64,000 nt of DNA from Planctomycetota bacterium (GTDB taxonomy: Bacteria; Planctomycetota; J058). Numbering within the stretch: position 1 is the stretch's first letter; each line of letters begins with the position of its first letter. The stretch is taken from positions 56,213 through 120,212 of the forward strand of contig JAHBXY010000002.1 of the NCBI GenBank assembly GCA_019636275.1, in the 5' to 3' direction. Positions 45,930 to 55,530 of this stretch are shown here, in pieces. Position numbers and translations under genes: made by a program. The notes beneath the pieces were generated by a model. It was not told the DNA's origin. It saw nothing but the letters and a program-made list of their open reading frames with translations, and did not search any database.

Positions 45930-46924
45930 GCTCGCCGTTCACGATCACCACGGTGGAGGAGCTGCGCGCCGGCGTCGGCGAGCTGCTCGAGCGCGTCTAC
46001 GTCGACGAGTGGGGCAAGCGCCTGGCGCCCGCCGCCGGGCGCACGCGCCGCGGATCGAGCCGCACGCTGATCGCGGTCGACCGGGGCCGCGTCGTGGGGA
46101 CCGCCCGGCTCACCCGCGGCTCGGTCCTGCCGCTCGAGGAGCAGCGCCGCCTCCAGCTCCCGCACTTCGCCGCCGTCGTCCCGCTCGAGCGGCTGGCGGT
46201 CGGCGGGCGCCTCGCCGTCGCCGCGCCCCTGCGCTCGTCGGGCCTGGCGCACGACCTGCTGCAGGCCGCGATCCGCGCGGCGGTCGACGACGGCGTGCGG
46301 CTGCTGTTCACCGCCTGCCAGCCGCACCTGCTGAACCTCTACGGCCAGCTCGCGTTCACCCCCTACGGGCCGGTCTCGAGCAAGGAGGGCGTGGGCGTCC
46401 TGGTCCCGGTGGTCCGCGACCTGACCCCGGGCGACGCGGCCCTGCGCGACCTGATCGCGAGCGCGCCCGGTCACGCGGCGCGCTGCCGGCTCCCGGGCGA
46501 GCTCGGCGAGGCCCTCGCGGGGAGCCCGCTCGACCCGACCGTCGCCGCGGCGGTGCTGCGCAGCGCGGCCCTCGTCCCCTGCGGCCCGGGCGACCTCGTC
46601 GTCAGCCGCGGGCAGGCGGTCCGCACGCTGTTCCTCGTGCTCGAGGGGCGGATCGACGTCGTCGACGACGGGCAGGTCGTCGACGTCGTCGCGCGCGGCG
46701 AGTTCGCGGGCGTGGTCAGCTACCTGCTCGGGGTGCGGCAGCGCCGCGACCTGCGCGCCGGCCCCGAGGGCGCCCGGCTCCTGGCCCTGCCCGTCCAGGC
46801 CTTCGCCAGCCGCGGCGACGACGAGGCCGCCGCCGAGGCGTTCCTGCTGACCCTGGTCGCGACGCTCCGCGCGCGCTGCCCGCACGCGGCCGCCCGCCTG
46901 GTCAGCCCTGGAGGTGTCGCGTGA
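45926..46924 (+). CDS. GNAT-fold N-acyltransferase (acyl-amino-acid/AHL-synthase-like) fused to a C-terminal cyclic-nucleotide-binding domain
   Basis: ATGA overlap with upstream gene; LLFTACQPHLLNLYGQLAFTPYG; cNMP-binding signature RGEFAGVVSYLLGVRQRRDLRA. Confidence 0.5.
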   Translation: MSSPFTITTVEELRAGVGELLERVYVDEWGKRLAPAAGRTRRGSSRTLIAVDRGRVVGTARLTRGSVLPLEEQRRLQLPHFAAVVPLERLAVGGRLAVAAPLRSSGLAHDLLQAAIRAAVDDGVRLLFTACQPHLLNLYGQLAFTPYGPVSSKEGVGVLVPVVRDLTPGDAALRDLIASAPGHAARCRLPGELGEALAGSPLDPTVAAAVLRSAALVPCGPGDLVVSRGQAVRTLFLVLEGRIDVVDDGQVVDVVARGEFAGVVSYLLGVRQRRDLRAGPEGARLLALPVQAFASRGDDEAAAEAFLLTLVATLRARCPHAAARLVSPGGVA

Positions 46925-47802
46925 GCGTCCTCGTCGAGGGCAGCGGCACGGCGCAGATGATCGCGCGCTGCCTGGTCCTGCTCCGCGCCTCGGCCGGGCC
47001 CGCCGCGCCCGTGTCCGAGCGCGCCGCCCTGCTCGCCCTGGCGTTCCTGCGCGAGGCGCGCCCCCCGTGGCGCCGCGCGCTCGAGGCCGGCCTGGCGCGC
47101 GGGCGCCTCCGGCTGCTCGAGGCGCTGACGATCCCCGGCCTCGTCGGCCAGTACGCCCTGCGCAAGCGCTGGCTCGAGGACGTCGCCCGGCGCGCCGTGG
47201 CGGCGGGGGTGCGGCGCGTGGTGGTGGTCGGGGCGGGCTACGACCCGCTCGCCGCGACGCTCGCGGCCGAGCTCCCGCACGTGCGCTTCGTCGAGCTCGA
47301 CCACCCGGCCACGCAGGCGCCCAAGCGGCGCGCCCTCGAGGCGCTCGGGCTCCTCGGCCCGGTCGAGCTCCTGGCCGTCGACCTCGAGCGCACGTCGCTG
47401 GCCGACGCCCTCGGCGGGCGCGCCGACCGCGCGCTGCCGACGCTCTTCGTCGCCGAGGGCCTCCTCATGTACTTCCCGGCCGCCGCCGTCGGCGCCTTCT
47501 TCGAGGACCTGGGCCGGGTCGCGGGGCCGGGGAGCCAGGTGGCGTTCAGCTTCATGGAGCCGGACGCCGGCGGCGGGCTGGCCTACCGCGGCTCGACGCG
47601 GCTGGCGAACGCCTGGCTCCGCTGGCGCGGCGAGCCCCTGCGCTGGGGGATCGCGCGCGCCGCGCTGGCCGACTTCCTTCACGGCCACGGCCTCTCGCTG
47701 CTCGAGACCGCCGCGTCCGACGAGCTGCGCGACCGCTACCTGCCCGGCGCCGAGGTCGCGCGGGGCGAGGTCCTGGCCCTGGCGCGGCTGGAGGGGCCCT
47801 GA
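46921..47802 (+). CDS. SAM-dependent methyltransferase (leucine-carboxyl/TcmP-like O-methyltransferase family)
   Basis: GTGA overlap; VVVVGAGYDPL motif; length ~293 aa. Confidence 0.6.
   Translation: MSVLVEGSGTAQMIARCLVLLRASAGPAAPVSERAALLALAFLREARPPWRRALEAGLARGRLRLLEALTIPGLVGQYALRKRWLEDVARRAVAAGVRRVVVVGAGYDPLAATLAAELPHVRFVELDHPATQAPKRRALEALGLLGPVELLAVDLERTSLADALGGRADRALPTLFVAEGLLMYFPAAAVGAFFEDLGRVAGPGSQVAFSFMEPDAGGGLAYRGSTRLANAWLRWRGEPLRWGIARAALADFLHGHGLSLLETAASDELRDRYLPGAEVARGEVLALARLEGP
47653..47802. repeat. direct repeat copy 1 = 3' end of the methyltransferase gene; copy 2 at 52612-52716 has a ~48-bp internal deletion
   Basis: gcgcgccgcgctggccgacYtcct...gcgcgRccgctacctgcccggcgccg(a/c)ggtcgcgcggggcgaggtcct(g/c)gccctggcgcgg. 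Confidence 0.7.
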
Positions 47803-47874
47803 TGCCGACCGCGGAAGCTCGAGCGTGGCCGCGCCCCCCGCCTCCTCATGGCAGGGGCGGCGTCCGGAGGGACG

Positions 47875-48747
47875 ATGAGTCCCATGTCCGACGGGTCCAT
47901 GCCAGCGGCGTTCCTGGGCCACGGCAGCCCCATGAACGCGCTGGAGACGAATCGCTTCACGGCGGCCTGGCGGGCGTTCGGCGCGAGCGCTCCGCGGCCG
48001 CGCGGCATCGTCGTCGTCTCGGCGCACTGGTACGTGAACGTCACGGCGGTGACCGCCATGCCGTCGCCGCGCACGATCCACGACTTCTACGGCTTCCCGC
48101 GGCCGCTGTTCGAGGTGCAGTACCCCGCGCCGGGCGACCCCGGCCTCGCCGAGGAGGTCGCCGAGGTGGCGAAGCCCACCTCGGTCGGCCTGGACCACGA
48201 CGGCTGGGGGCTCGACCACGGCACCTGGTCGGTGCTGGTCCACGCCTTCCCGCGCGCCGACGTCCCGGTCGTGCAGCTCTCGATCGACGCGCGGCGGACG
48301 TTCGACGAGCACCTCGAGCTCGGGGCGCGGCTGGCGCCGCTCCGCGCGCGTGGCGTGCTGGTCCTGGGCAGCGGTAACGTCGTCCACAACCTGCGCGAGC
48401 TCGACTGGTCCCGGCCGGACCTGGGCGAGGACTGGGCGCGGCGCTTCGACGACGCCGCGCGCGAGGTGCTGGCCGAGCGCCCGGCCGACGCGGCCGCGCT
48501 CCAGGGCCACCCCGAGTTCCGCCGGGCCCACCCGACGCCGGACCACTTCCTCCCCCTGCTGTACGTCGCCGGCGCGGCGGCCGCGGCGGGCAAGCCCCTG
48601 CGGCGGCTCGTCGCAGGGCACGCCTACGGCTCGATCTCCATGGCCGCGTACGGGCTCGCCGCGGCCTGCCCGGAGACCTCCGAGGGCGGCCCCGCCGCGA
48701 GCCTCCCGGACCCGCGCGTCGTCCCCCCGGCGGACGCGAACGTCTGA
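47875..48747 (+). CDS. class III extradiol ring-cleavage dioxygenase (LigB family; YgiD/DOPA-dioxygenase-like)
   Basis: MPAAFLGHGSPMNALE...VVSAHW...; typical length. Confidence 0.7.
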   Translation: MSPMSDGSMPAAFLGHGSPMNALETNRFTAAWRAFGASAPRPRGIVVVSAHWYVNVTAVTAMPSPRTIHDFYGFPRPLFEVQYPAPGDPGLAEEVAEVAKPTSVGLDHDGWGLDHGTWSVLVHAFPRADVPVVQLSIDARRTFDEHLELGARLAPLRARGVLVLGSGNVVHNLRELDWSRPDLGEDWARRFDDAAREVLAERPADAAALQGHPEFRRAHPTPDHFLPLLYVAGAAAAAGKPLRRLVAGHAYGSISMAAYGLAAACPETSEGGPAASLPDPRVVPPADANV

Positions 48748-49013
48748 TCCGAGGAGAAACCAGGTCGGGTCGATGCGCCACCTGCGCAGGAGCGGCGCGG
48801 ACGAGGGGCCACGGAGGTCCCGGCGGCGGGTCGGGCGAGCCCCCGGTTCGCGCGCTCGCGCTGCAACGGCGTACGTCGAGCGGCCTCGCGCGCGCGGTGG
48901 CCGTTGGTCCCGCACGTGCGCTACCTCGGCACGAGGAGAGGGACGCCGCGAGACCGAGGAGCTCGCCGCCGGCGGGGTCACGGTCGTGTCTGGATCCCGG
49001 AGGAAGGTGAAGC

Positions 49014-49604
49014 ATGCTCAAGCTGGCCATCATCATTGGGAGCACGCGCCCGGGGCGCGTCGGCGAGAGCGTCGCTCGGTGGGTCCACGAGGTGGCGCAG
49101 CGGCGCGACGACGCGGAGTTCGAGCTGGTCGACATCGAGGACTTCGACCTGCCGCTGCTGGACGAGCCGATCCCGCCCGCCATGGGCAAGTACTCGAAGC
49201 CCCACACGAAGCGCTGGGCGGCGAAGATCGCCTCCTTCGACGGCTTCGTCTTCGTGACGCCCGAGTACAACCACGGCATCTCCGGCGCGCTGAAGAACGC
49301 GATCGACTTCCTCTACGCCGAGTGGAACGACAAGGTGGCCGGGTTCGTCGGCTACGGCAGCGCGGGCGGCGCGCGGGCCGTGGAGCAGCTGCGGCTGGTC
49401 ATGGCCGAGGTGCAGGTCGCGACGGTGCGCAACCAGGTCATGCTCTCGTTGCGCGAGGACTTCGAGGACTACAGCAGGTTCAGGCCGCGCAGCTTCCACG
49501 AGCAGGCGCTCGGTCAGGTGCTCGACCAGGTCGTCGCCTGGAGCGGCGCGCTCCGCGGCGTCCGGGAGGGGCACGCGACGTCCGGCGCGTCCACGCGCGG
49601 GTAG
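49014..49604 (+). CDS. NAD(P)H-dependent FMN reductase (flavodoxin-like fold)
   Basis: MLKLAIIIGSTRPGRVGE...FVTPEYNHGISGALKNAIDFL. Confidence 0.7.
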   Translation: MLKLAIIIGSTRPGRVGESVARWVHEVAQRRDDAEFELVDIEDFDLPLLDEPIPPAMGKYSKPHTKRWAAKIASFDGFVFVTPEYNHGISGALKNAIDFLYAEWNDKVAGFVGYGSAGGARAVEQLRLVMAEVQVATVRNQVMLSLREDFEDYSRFRPRSFHEQALGQVLDQVVAWSGALRGVREGHATSGASTRG

Positions 49605-49606
49605 CG

Positions 49607-50650
49607 ATGCGCGCGCTGCAGGTGCGGCCGGGGCGCGGGGGCGGGGCGGACCTGGTGTCCGTCGACGAGCCGTCGCCCGACGAGGGCTCCGTCCTCGTCG
49701 AGGCGCTCGCGCTCGGGGTGTGCGGGACGGACCGCGAGATCGTGCGCGACGAGTACGGCGCGCTGCCCCCCGGCGACGAGGCGCTGGTGCTCGGGCACGA
49801 GTCGCTGGGCAGGGTCCTCGCCGCGCCCGCCGGGTGCGAGCTCGCGGCGGGCGACCTCGTGGCCGGCGTCGTGCGACATCCCGACCCGGTCCCCTGCTCG
49901 AGCTGCGGCGCCGGCGAGCCCGACATGTGCAAGAACGGCCGCTACACCGAGCGCGGGATCAAGGGGCGGCACGGCTTCGGGCGCGAGCGCTACCGCCTCG
50001 AGCCGGCCTTCGCGATCAAGGTGCCGCCCGCGCTCGGCCACCTCGGCGTCCTCATCGAGCCCGCGAGCGTCCTGGCGAAGGCCTGGGAGCACATCGAGCG
50101 CATCGGCCGGCGCGCGCACTGGGCGCCGCGCAGGGCCCTCGTGACGGGCGCCGGCCCCGTGGGTCTGCTCGCGGCGCTCATGGCGCGGCAGCGCGGGCTC
50201 GACGTCCACGTCGTCGACCTCGCGCGCGACGGCCCCAAGCCGCAGCTCGTGCGCGACCTCGGCGCCACGTACCACGTGGTCGACGTGGCGAAGGCCTGCA
50301 CGACCGCCGACGTGATCGTCGAGTGCACGGGCGCGCCCGCGCTCGTGCTCGAGGCCATGCGCTGCAACGCGGGCGGCGGGATCGTGTGCCTGGCGGGCCT
50401 GTCCGGCTCGAAGACGCTGGACGTGGACGTGGGCGCGCTGAACCAGCGCCTCGTGCTGCACAACGACGTGATCTTCGGCACGGTCAACGCGAACCGTCGC
50501 CACTACCGCGACGCGGCGGAGGCCCTGCTCGCCGCCGACCGCGCCTGGCTCGAGCGGCTCATCACCCGGCGCGTGCCGCTCGCGCGCTGGGCCGACGCGC
50601 TCGAGGCGCACGAGCACGACGTCAAGGTGGTGATCGACTTCGCCGCGTAG
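49607..50650 (+). CDS. zinc-dependent dehydrogenase, MDR superfamily (glucose-1-dehydrogenase/threonine-dehydrogenase-like)
   Basis: GVCGTDRE, GHE, CxxCxxGxxxxC structural-zinc motif, Rossmann GAGPVGLL. Confidence 0.7.
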   Translation: MRALQVRPGRGGGADLVSVDEPSPDEGSVLVEALALGVCGTDREIVRDEYGALPPGDEALVLGHESLGRVLAAPAGCELAAGDLVAGVVRHPDPVPCSSCGAGEPDMCKNGRYTERGIKGRHGFGRERYRLEPAFAIKVPPALGHLGVLIEPASVLAKAWEHIERIGRRAHWAPRRALVTGAGPVGLLAALMARQRGLDVHVVDLARDGPKPQLVRDLGATYHVVDVAKACTTADVIVECTGAPALVLEAMRCNAGGGIVCLAGLSGSKTLDVDVGALNQRLVLHNDVIFGTVNANRRHYRDAAEALLAADRAWLERLITRRVPLARWADALEAHEHDVKVVIDFAA

Positions 50651-50667
50651 GCGGCGGGAGGGCGGGG

Positions 50668-52500
50668 ATGCCCGCACGGATCGAGGACTACGGGCTCCTG
50701 GGCGACTGCCACTCGGCGGCGCTCGTCTCGCGGGACGGCTCGATCGACTGGCTGTGCTGGCCGCGCTTCGACTCGCCCGCCTGCTTCGCGGCGCTGCTCG
50801 GGACCCCGGACCACGGGCGCTGGCGGATCGCGCCCGAGGGCGCGGTGCGGCGCTCGAACCGCCGGTACCGCGACGGGACGCTCGTCCTCGAGACCGAGCT
50901 CGAGACGGCCGAGGGCGTCGTCGCGCTCATCGACTTCATGCCGCCGCGGGCGGACTGCCCCGAGCTGGTGCGGATCGTCGAGGGCCGGCGCGGCGAGGTC
51001 CCCATGCGCATGGAGCTGATCATGCGCCTCGACTACGGCTCCGTCGTGCCGTGGGTCCGCCGCACCGAGGGCGGTCTGCGCGCCAACGCCGGCCCCGACA
51101 CGCTGCACCTGTTCACGGACGTCGACATCCACGGCGAGGACTTCCGGACGCTGGCCGAGTTCTCGGTGAAGGCGGGCGAGCGCCGCACCTTCCAGCTCGT
51201 GTGGTCACCGACCTTCGGACCCTCGCGACCGTGCGCCGACGCGAGCGGGAAGCTCGAGGAGACCGAGCGCTGGTGGCGCGCCTGGCTCCGCGCGTGCTCT
51301 TACGAGGGGCCCTGGCGCGACGCCGTGCTCAGGTCCTCGCTCGTGCTCAAGGCGCTGACCTACGCGCCGACGGGTGCGATCGTCGCCGCGCCGACGACGT
51401 CGTTGCCCGAGGAGCTCGGCGGCGTGCGCAACTGGGACTACCGCTACTGCTGGCTGCGCGACGCCACGTTCGCGCTCTACGCCTTCCTCGTCGGCGGCTA
51501 CGTCGACGAGGCCGCGGCCTGGCGCGAGTGGCTCGCCAACGCCGTGGCCGGCAAGCCGGAGCAGCTCCACATCATGTACGGCCTCGAGGGCGAGCGCCGC
51601 CTGCCGGAGCTCGAGCTGCCGTGGCTGCCGGGCTACGAGGGCTCGCGGCCCGTCCGCGTGGGCAACGCCGCGCACCACCAGCACCAGCTCGACGTGTACG
51701 GCGAGGTCATGGACGCGCTGCACGTCGCCCGACGCCTCGGCCTGGCCACGACCGAGGACAGCTGGCGCGTGCAGCGGGTGATCGTGCGCTTCCTCGAGCG
51801 CGACTGGCAGCGGCCGGACGACGGCATCTGGGAGGTCCGCGGGGGGCCTCGGCACTTCACCCACTCGAAGGTCATGGCCTGGGTCGCAGCCGACCGCGCC
51901 GTGAAGGCGGTCACGGAGTTCGGGCTCCCGGGCGACGTCGAGCGCTGGCGCCGCCTGCGCGACGAGATCCACGCCGAGGTGTGCGCGCGGGGGTTCGACC
52001 CGCAGCTCGGCGCGTTCGTCCAGCACTACGGCTCGAAGGTCCCGGACGCCAGCCTGCTCATGCTGCCCGCCGTCGGGTTCCTGCCGGCGACGGACCCGCG
52101 CATGGTCGGCACGGTGCGCCTCATCGAGCAGCGCCTGGTGCGTGACGGGTTCGTCGATCGGTACCCGACCGAGCGCGGCGTCGACGGCCTGCCCGGCGGC
52201 GAGGGCGCGTTCCTGCTCTGCACGTTCTGGCTCGTCGACAACCTGGCCCTGCAAGGCCGCCATGACGAGGCGCTCGAGCTCTTCGAGCGCCTCCTCTCGA
52301 TCAGGAACGACCTCGGCCTGCTCTCCGAGGAGTACGACCCGGTCGCGCGGCGCCTGCTCGGCAACTTCCCGCAGGCCTTCTCTCACATCGGCCTGATCAA
52401 CTCCGCGCGCAACCTGGCCGAGCACGGCGGCCCGGCGGAGGACCGCCGGGACCAGGACGCCCGCGCTCAGCGGCCGCTCGCGGCCGCCAGGAGGCGCTGA
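50668..52500 (+). CDS. glycoside hydrolase family 15 protein (glucoamylase/trehalase-like (alpha/alpha)6 barrel)
   Basis: MPARIEDYGLLGDCHSAALVSRDGSIDWLCWPRFDSP...; NWDYRYCWLRDA; GGAGGGCGGGG RBS. Confidence 0.75.
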   Translation: MPARIEDYGLLGDCHSAALVSRDGSIDWLCWPRFDSPACFAALLGTPDHGRWRIAPEGAVRRSNRRYRDGTLVLETELETAEGVVALIDFMPPRADCPELVRIVEGRRGEVPMRMELIMRLDYGSVVPWVRRTEGGLRANAGPDTLHLFTDVDIHGEDFRTLAEFSVKAGERRTFQLVWSPTFGPSRPCADASGKLEETERWWRAWLRACSYEGPWRDAVLRSSLVLKALTYAPTGAIVAAPTTSLPEELGGVRNWDYRYCWLRDATFALYAFLVGGYVDEAAAWREWLANAVAGKPEQLHIMYGLEGERRLPELELPWLPGYEGSRPVRVGNAAHHQHQLDVYGEVMDALHVARRLGLATTEDSWRVQRVIVRFLERDWQRPDDGIWEVRGGPRHFTHSKVMAWVAADRAVKAVTEFGLPGDVERWRRLRDEIHAEVCARGFDPQLGAFVQHYGSKVPDASLLMLPAVGFLPATDPRMVGTVRLIEQRLVRDGFVDRYPTERGVDGLPGGEGAFLLCTFWLVDNLALQGRHDEALELFERLLSIRNDLGLLSEEYDPVARRLLGNFPQAFSHIGLINSARNLAEHGGPAEDRRDQDARAQRPLAAARRR

Positions 52501-52611
52501 CGGTCGCCGGCCTCCGAAGGGGCTCGGGAGCGCCCAGGTGGACGGTCTCGGTGGCGCTCCCAGGACCTGCACGTCGTCGCCGGTCCGGGGAGCCGGGCGG
52601 CGTTCAGGCCT

Positions 52612-52716
52612 CATGCGCGCGCCGCGCTGGCCGACCTCCTGCGCGGCCGCTACCTGCCCGGCGCCGCGGTCGCGCGGGGCGAGGTCCTCGCCCTGGCGCG
52701 GGTGGGGCTCACCTGA
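52612..52716. repeat. direct repeat copy 2 of the methyltransferase 3' end (...LRGRYLPGAAVARGEVLALARVGLT*)
   Basis: See 47653-47802. Confidence 0.7.
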
Positions 52717-55456
52717 CGACGCGGAAGCCGACGTCGTCCGCCCGCGCCTCGGGCGGCAGCCACGACCGGTGGGCCGAGCGCGCCCACGTCGCGTCCCAGG
52801 CGAAGCAGCCGCCGCGCAGCACGCGGCACACCCCGTAGGCCGGCCCGACCGGCGCCTCGGCGGGGCCCTCCTCGTAGGGGCCGTACCAGTCCTGCACCCA
52901 CTCCCAGGCGTTGCCGTGCACGTCGTGGAGGCCCCAGGCGTTGGCGGGCTTGAGCCCCGCCGCGCGGACGCGCCCGCCCGAGTTGTCGCGGAACCAGCCG
53001 ACGCGGTCGAGGTCGTGCACCGCGTCGCCGCTCCAGTAGGCGGTCGCGGTGCCGGCGCGGGCCATGTACTCCCACTCGGCCTCGGTCGGCAGCCGGACGG
53101 GCCGCGCGCCGCCGGCCCGCGAGAGCCAGCGGCAGAACGCGACGGCCCCGTACCAGCTCACGTCGATCGCGGGCTGCGTCGCCCACTCGGCCGGGTCGAC
53201 GCCGGCGGGCGGGCGGTGCGAGGGGGCGAACGCGGCGTACTGGCGGTTGGTCACCTGCGTCGCGCCCGCCTCCCACGCGGCCGGGAAGCTCACGCGGCGG
53301 CGGGGCTGCTCCCAGGGGAAGCCCTGCTCGTCGGGCCGCCCGCCCATGACGAACTCGCCGGCGGGGATCGGCCGCCAGTCGACGAGGTCGCGCGGCGGCG
53401 CGGCGAGGCGGTCGTAGAGCGCCCCGGCGGCGTCCGGCGCGCCGTGGCTGCGGCGCAGGAGCTCGTCGAGGAAGAACAGGTCCTCGGGCACCTCGGTGCC
53501 CCGGGCCAGGGCCGCGTCCCACAGCTCGAGGGCCAGCGCGCGGGCCTGGGCGGGGCTCAGGAGCCGGGCCGTCTGCAGGTAGACCGCGCCGCGGAGCGGG
53601 CCGCGGAAGCACGGGAGCTGCCGGGCGAGCGCGTCGAGGGCCGCGTCGACCTCCAGCCCGTCGACGTGCGCGCGGCCGAGGGCGGTCGTGAGCTCGGCGA
53701 GGCCGGCGCGCCCGGCCGCGTCGTCGCCGATCCACCCGCCGACGCGGTACTCGACCGCCTTCACGAGCCCGACGCGGGCGGAGTCGCCGACGACCGACCA
53801 CCAGTTGCGCATGCCCTCGATGAACGTGCGGGCGCGGGGGCGCTCGTCCTCGAGCGGCCGCGCGGCGGCGACGAGCGCGCGGAGCGTCGCCGGCTCGACG
53901 CGCCGCGCGCACTCGAGCCCGCGGACGGCGAGCTCGGGGTCCGCCTCGGCCAGCGCGAGCAGGAGCGCGTCGGGGCGCGCGAGCTCGCCGCAGAGGAGGA
54001 CGAACGGCTCGGCCCACTGCGAGCGCTCCCCGCCCCGGCGCAGGCCGCGCGCCGCGTCCAGCAGGGCGGCCTCGCCCTGCTCCCGCGCCTGCCGGGCGAG
54101 GCGCCGGGCGGCGAGCAGCTCCTGCAGGCTGCGGTGCCAGAACCGCCACGGGGTGCCCCGCCCGTCGGGCTGGCCGAGGATCGCCGTGCGGTCGGCGAGC
54201 TCGGTCAGGAACTCCTCGGGCCCGGCGGCCCAGCGCGAGACGCGCTCGAGGCGCTGCCAGAGCGGCGGCTCGTCGCGGAGTCGCCGCGCGACGGCGGCCA
54301 GCGGCTCCGCCACGACGCCCTCGCCGGTGAAGGCGTGCGCGACCAGCTCCAGGGCCTCCTCGGCGGCGACCAGGTCGGTCATGCGCGGCGCGGCCTCGGT
54401 CCGGTGGAGCCCCTCGAGGAGCAGCTCGAGGACCTGCGTGTAGAGCTCGTGGCGGGTCCGCGGCGGCGCCGCGCCGCCCCCGGTCGTCGGATGCGGGCGG
54501 TGCTCGCCGAGGAGGGCCGCGAAGGTCAGGAGCAGGGGGGTGCGCCGCAGCTCCGGCGCGTCGAGCAGGCCTTCGGGCAAGGCCGACGTGGCCTCTGTCC
54601 GCCCCAGGCGGCGGAGGAAGTCGGCCACCTGCGCGTCGCTCAGCGGGTTGAGCGTGGCGATCTCGAAGCCGCCGGGGCAGCGCAGGCCCTGCGGCCGGCT
54701 GGTGACGACGATCGGAGAGGGCCACGCTGCCGCCGCGACCTTCAGCAGGCTGCGCACCTGCTCGCGCTTGACCGGCAGCACCTCGTCGAGGCCGTCGAGG
54801 AGCAGCACCAGGCCGCCCTGAGCCGCCAGCTCGACCAGCGCCGGGGCGTGGGCGCCCTTCGAGGCCAGGAGCGACTCCGGGAGGTCCGGCCGGAAGGGCT
54901 CCAGGGCCAGCTCGGCCAGCCGGACGACGACCGGGTGGTGCTCGGCGAGCTCGTCGCAGGCGAGGTCGTGGGCCAGGGCGTGGACGAGCGTCGTCTTGCC
55001 GGAGCCGACGTCGCCCACGACCAGCCAGCGCCCGGGGCCGTCGTCGCGCGAGCTCCAGAGGAGGCTCCTGGGGCGCTCCGCGGCGCGGGTCGGCGAGAGC
55101 GCCAGCGTCCGCTCGATCGCGTGGTCGCGCAGGGGCAGGGCGCGCGAGAGCGTCATGCCGGTCAGGAGGTTGGCGTTGCCGCTGTCCGCCGCGACGGCGG
55201 CGCGGAGGCGCTCCAGGTCCGACAGGGGCTCGCCGAGGGGCGCGGGGGTGTCCGCGAGCTGGAGCTGAGCGATCGACCGGGCGAGCGCCTTCGCCACGCT
55301 CCCGAGCGACCCCCGGCGCACGCGCTCGCCGCGCTCGATCCGGCGCAGCGTCTGGACGTCCACGAAGGCCTTGTCCGCCAGGCCCTCCTGGCTCCAACCC
55401 TTTGCTTCGCGAAGGGTTCGGACGAGCCCGCCGTTGGCACGTACCTCTCGCCGCAT
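52709..55456 (-). CDS. STAND NTPase: N-terminal XRE-type HTH, NACHT ATPase, helical region, C-terminal FGE-sulfatase (SUMF1/formylglycine-generating-enzyme-like) domain
   Basis: HTH LRTLREAKGWSQEGLADKAFVDVQTLRRIERG; Walker A VVGDVGSGKTT; Walker B VLLLDGLDEV; C-terminal ...WYGAVAFCRWLS...RLPTEAEWEYMARAG...GLHDVHGNAWEW...RVLRGGCF (FGE-sulfatase fold). The ATG of MRREV is read ~1 nt from the computed in-frame codon at 55456. Confidence 0.7.
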   Translation of the reverse strand: MRREVRANGGLVRTLREAKGWSQEGLADKAFVDVQTLRRIERGERVRRGSLGSVAKALARSIAQLQLADTPAPLGEPLSDLERLRAAVAADSGNANLLTGMTLSRALPLRDHAIERTLALSPTRAAERPRSLLWSSRDDGPGRWLVVGDVGSGKTTLVHALAHDLACDELAEHHPVVVRLAELALEPFRPDLPESLLASKGAHAPALVELAAQGGLVLLLDGLDEVLPVKREQVRSLLKVAAAAWPSPIVVTSRPQGLRCPGGFEIATLNPLSDAQVADFLRRLGRTEATSALPEGLLDAPELRRTPLLLTFAALLGEHRPHPTTGGGAAPPRTRHELYTQVLELLLEGLHRTEAAPRMTDLVAAEEALELVAHAFTGEGVVAEPLAAVARRLRDEPPLWQRLERVSRWAAGPEEFLTELADRTAILGQPDGRGTPWRFWHRSLQELLAARRLARQAREQGEAALLDAARGLRRGGERSQWAEPFVLLCGELARPDALLLALAEADPELAVRGLECARRVEPATLRALVAAARPLEDERPRARTFIEGMRNWWSVVGDSARVGLVKAVEYRVGGWIGDDAAGRAGLAELTTALGRAHVDGLEVDAALDALARQLPCFRGPLRGAVYLQTARLLSPAQARALALELWDAALARGTEVPEDLFFLDELLRRSHGAPDAAGALYDRLAAPPRDLVDWRPIPAGEFVMGGRPDEQGFPWEQPRRRVSFPAAWEAGATQVTNRQYAAFAPSHRPPAGVDPAEWATQPAIDVSWYGAVAFCRWLSRAGGARPVRLPTEAEWEYMARAGTATAYWSGDAVHDLDRVGWFRDNSGGRVRAAGLKPANAWGLHDVHGNAWEWVQDWYGPYEEGPAEAPVGPAYGVCRVLRGGCFAWDATWARSAHRSWLPPEARADDVGFRVVR

Positions 55457-55530
55457 CCTGCCTACGTGACCCTCGATCGGATTGTAGCGGAGCTGCCCCA
55501 ACCCTCGCCACGTCCAGTAAATACGCACCG

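Noticed and set aside
46720-48981. 753-aa minus-strand ORF (and 48041..49279, 49514..50677, 51205..52614 minus ORFs)
   Set aside because: Antisense to the methyltransferase, dioxygenase, reductase, dehydrogenase and GH15 genes, all of which have recognisable family motifs. Translations are Arg/Pro/Gly-rich low complexity.
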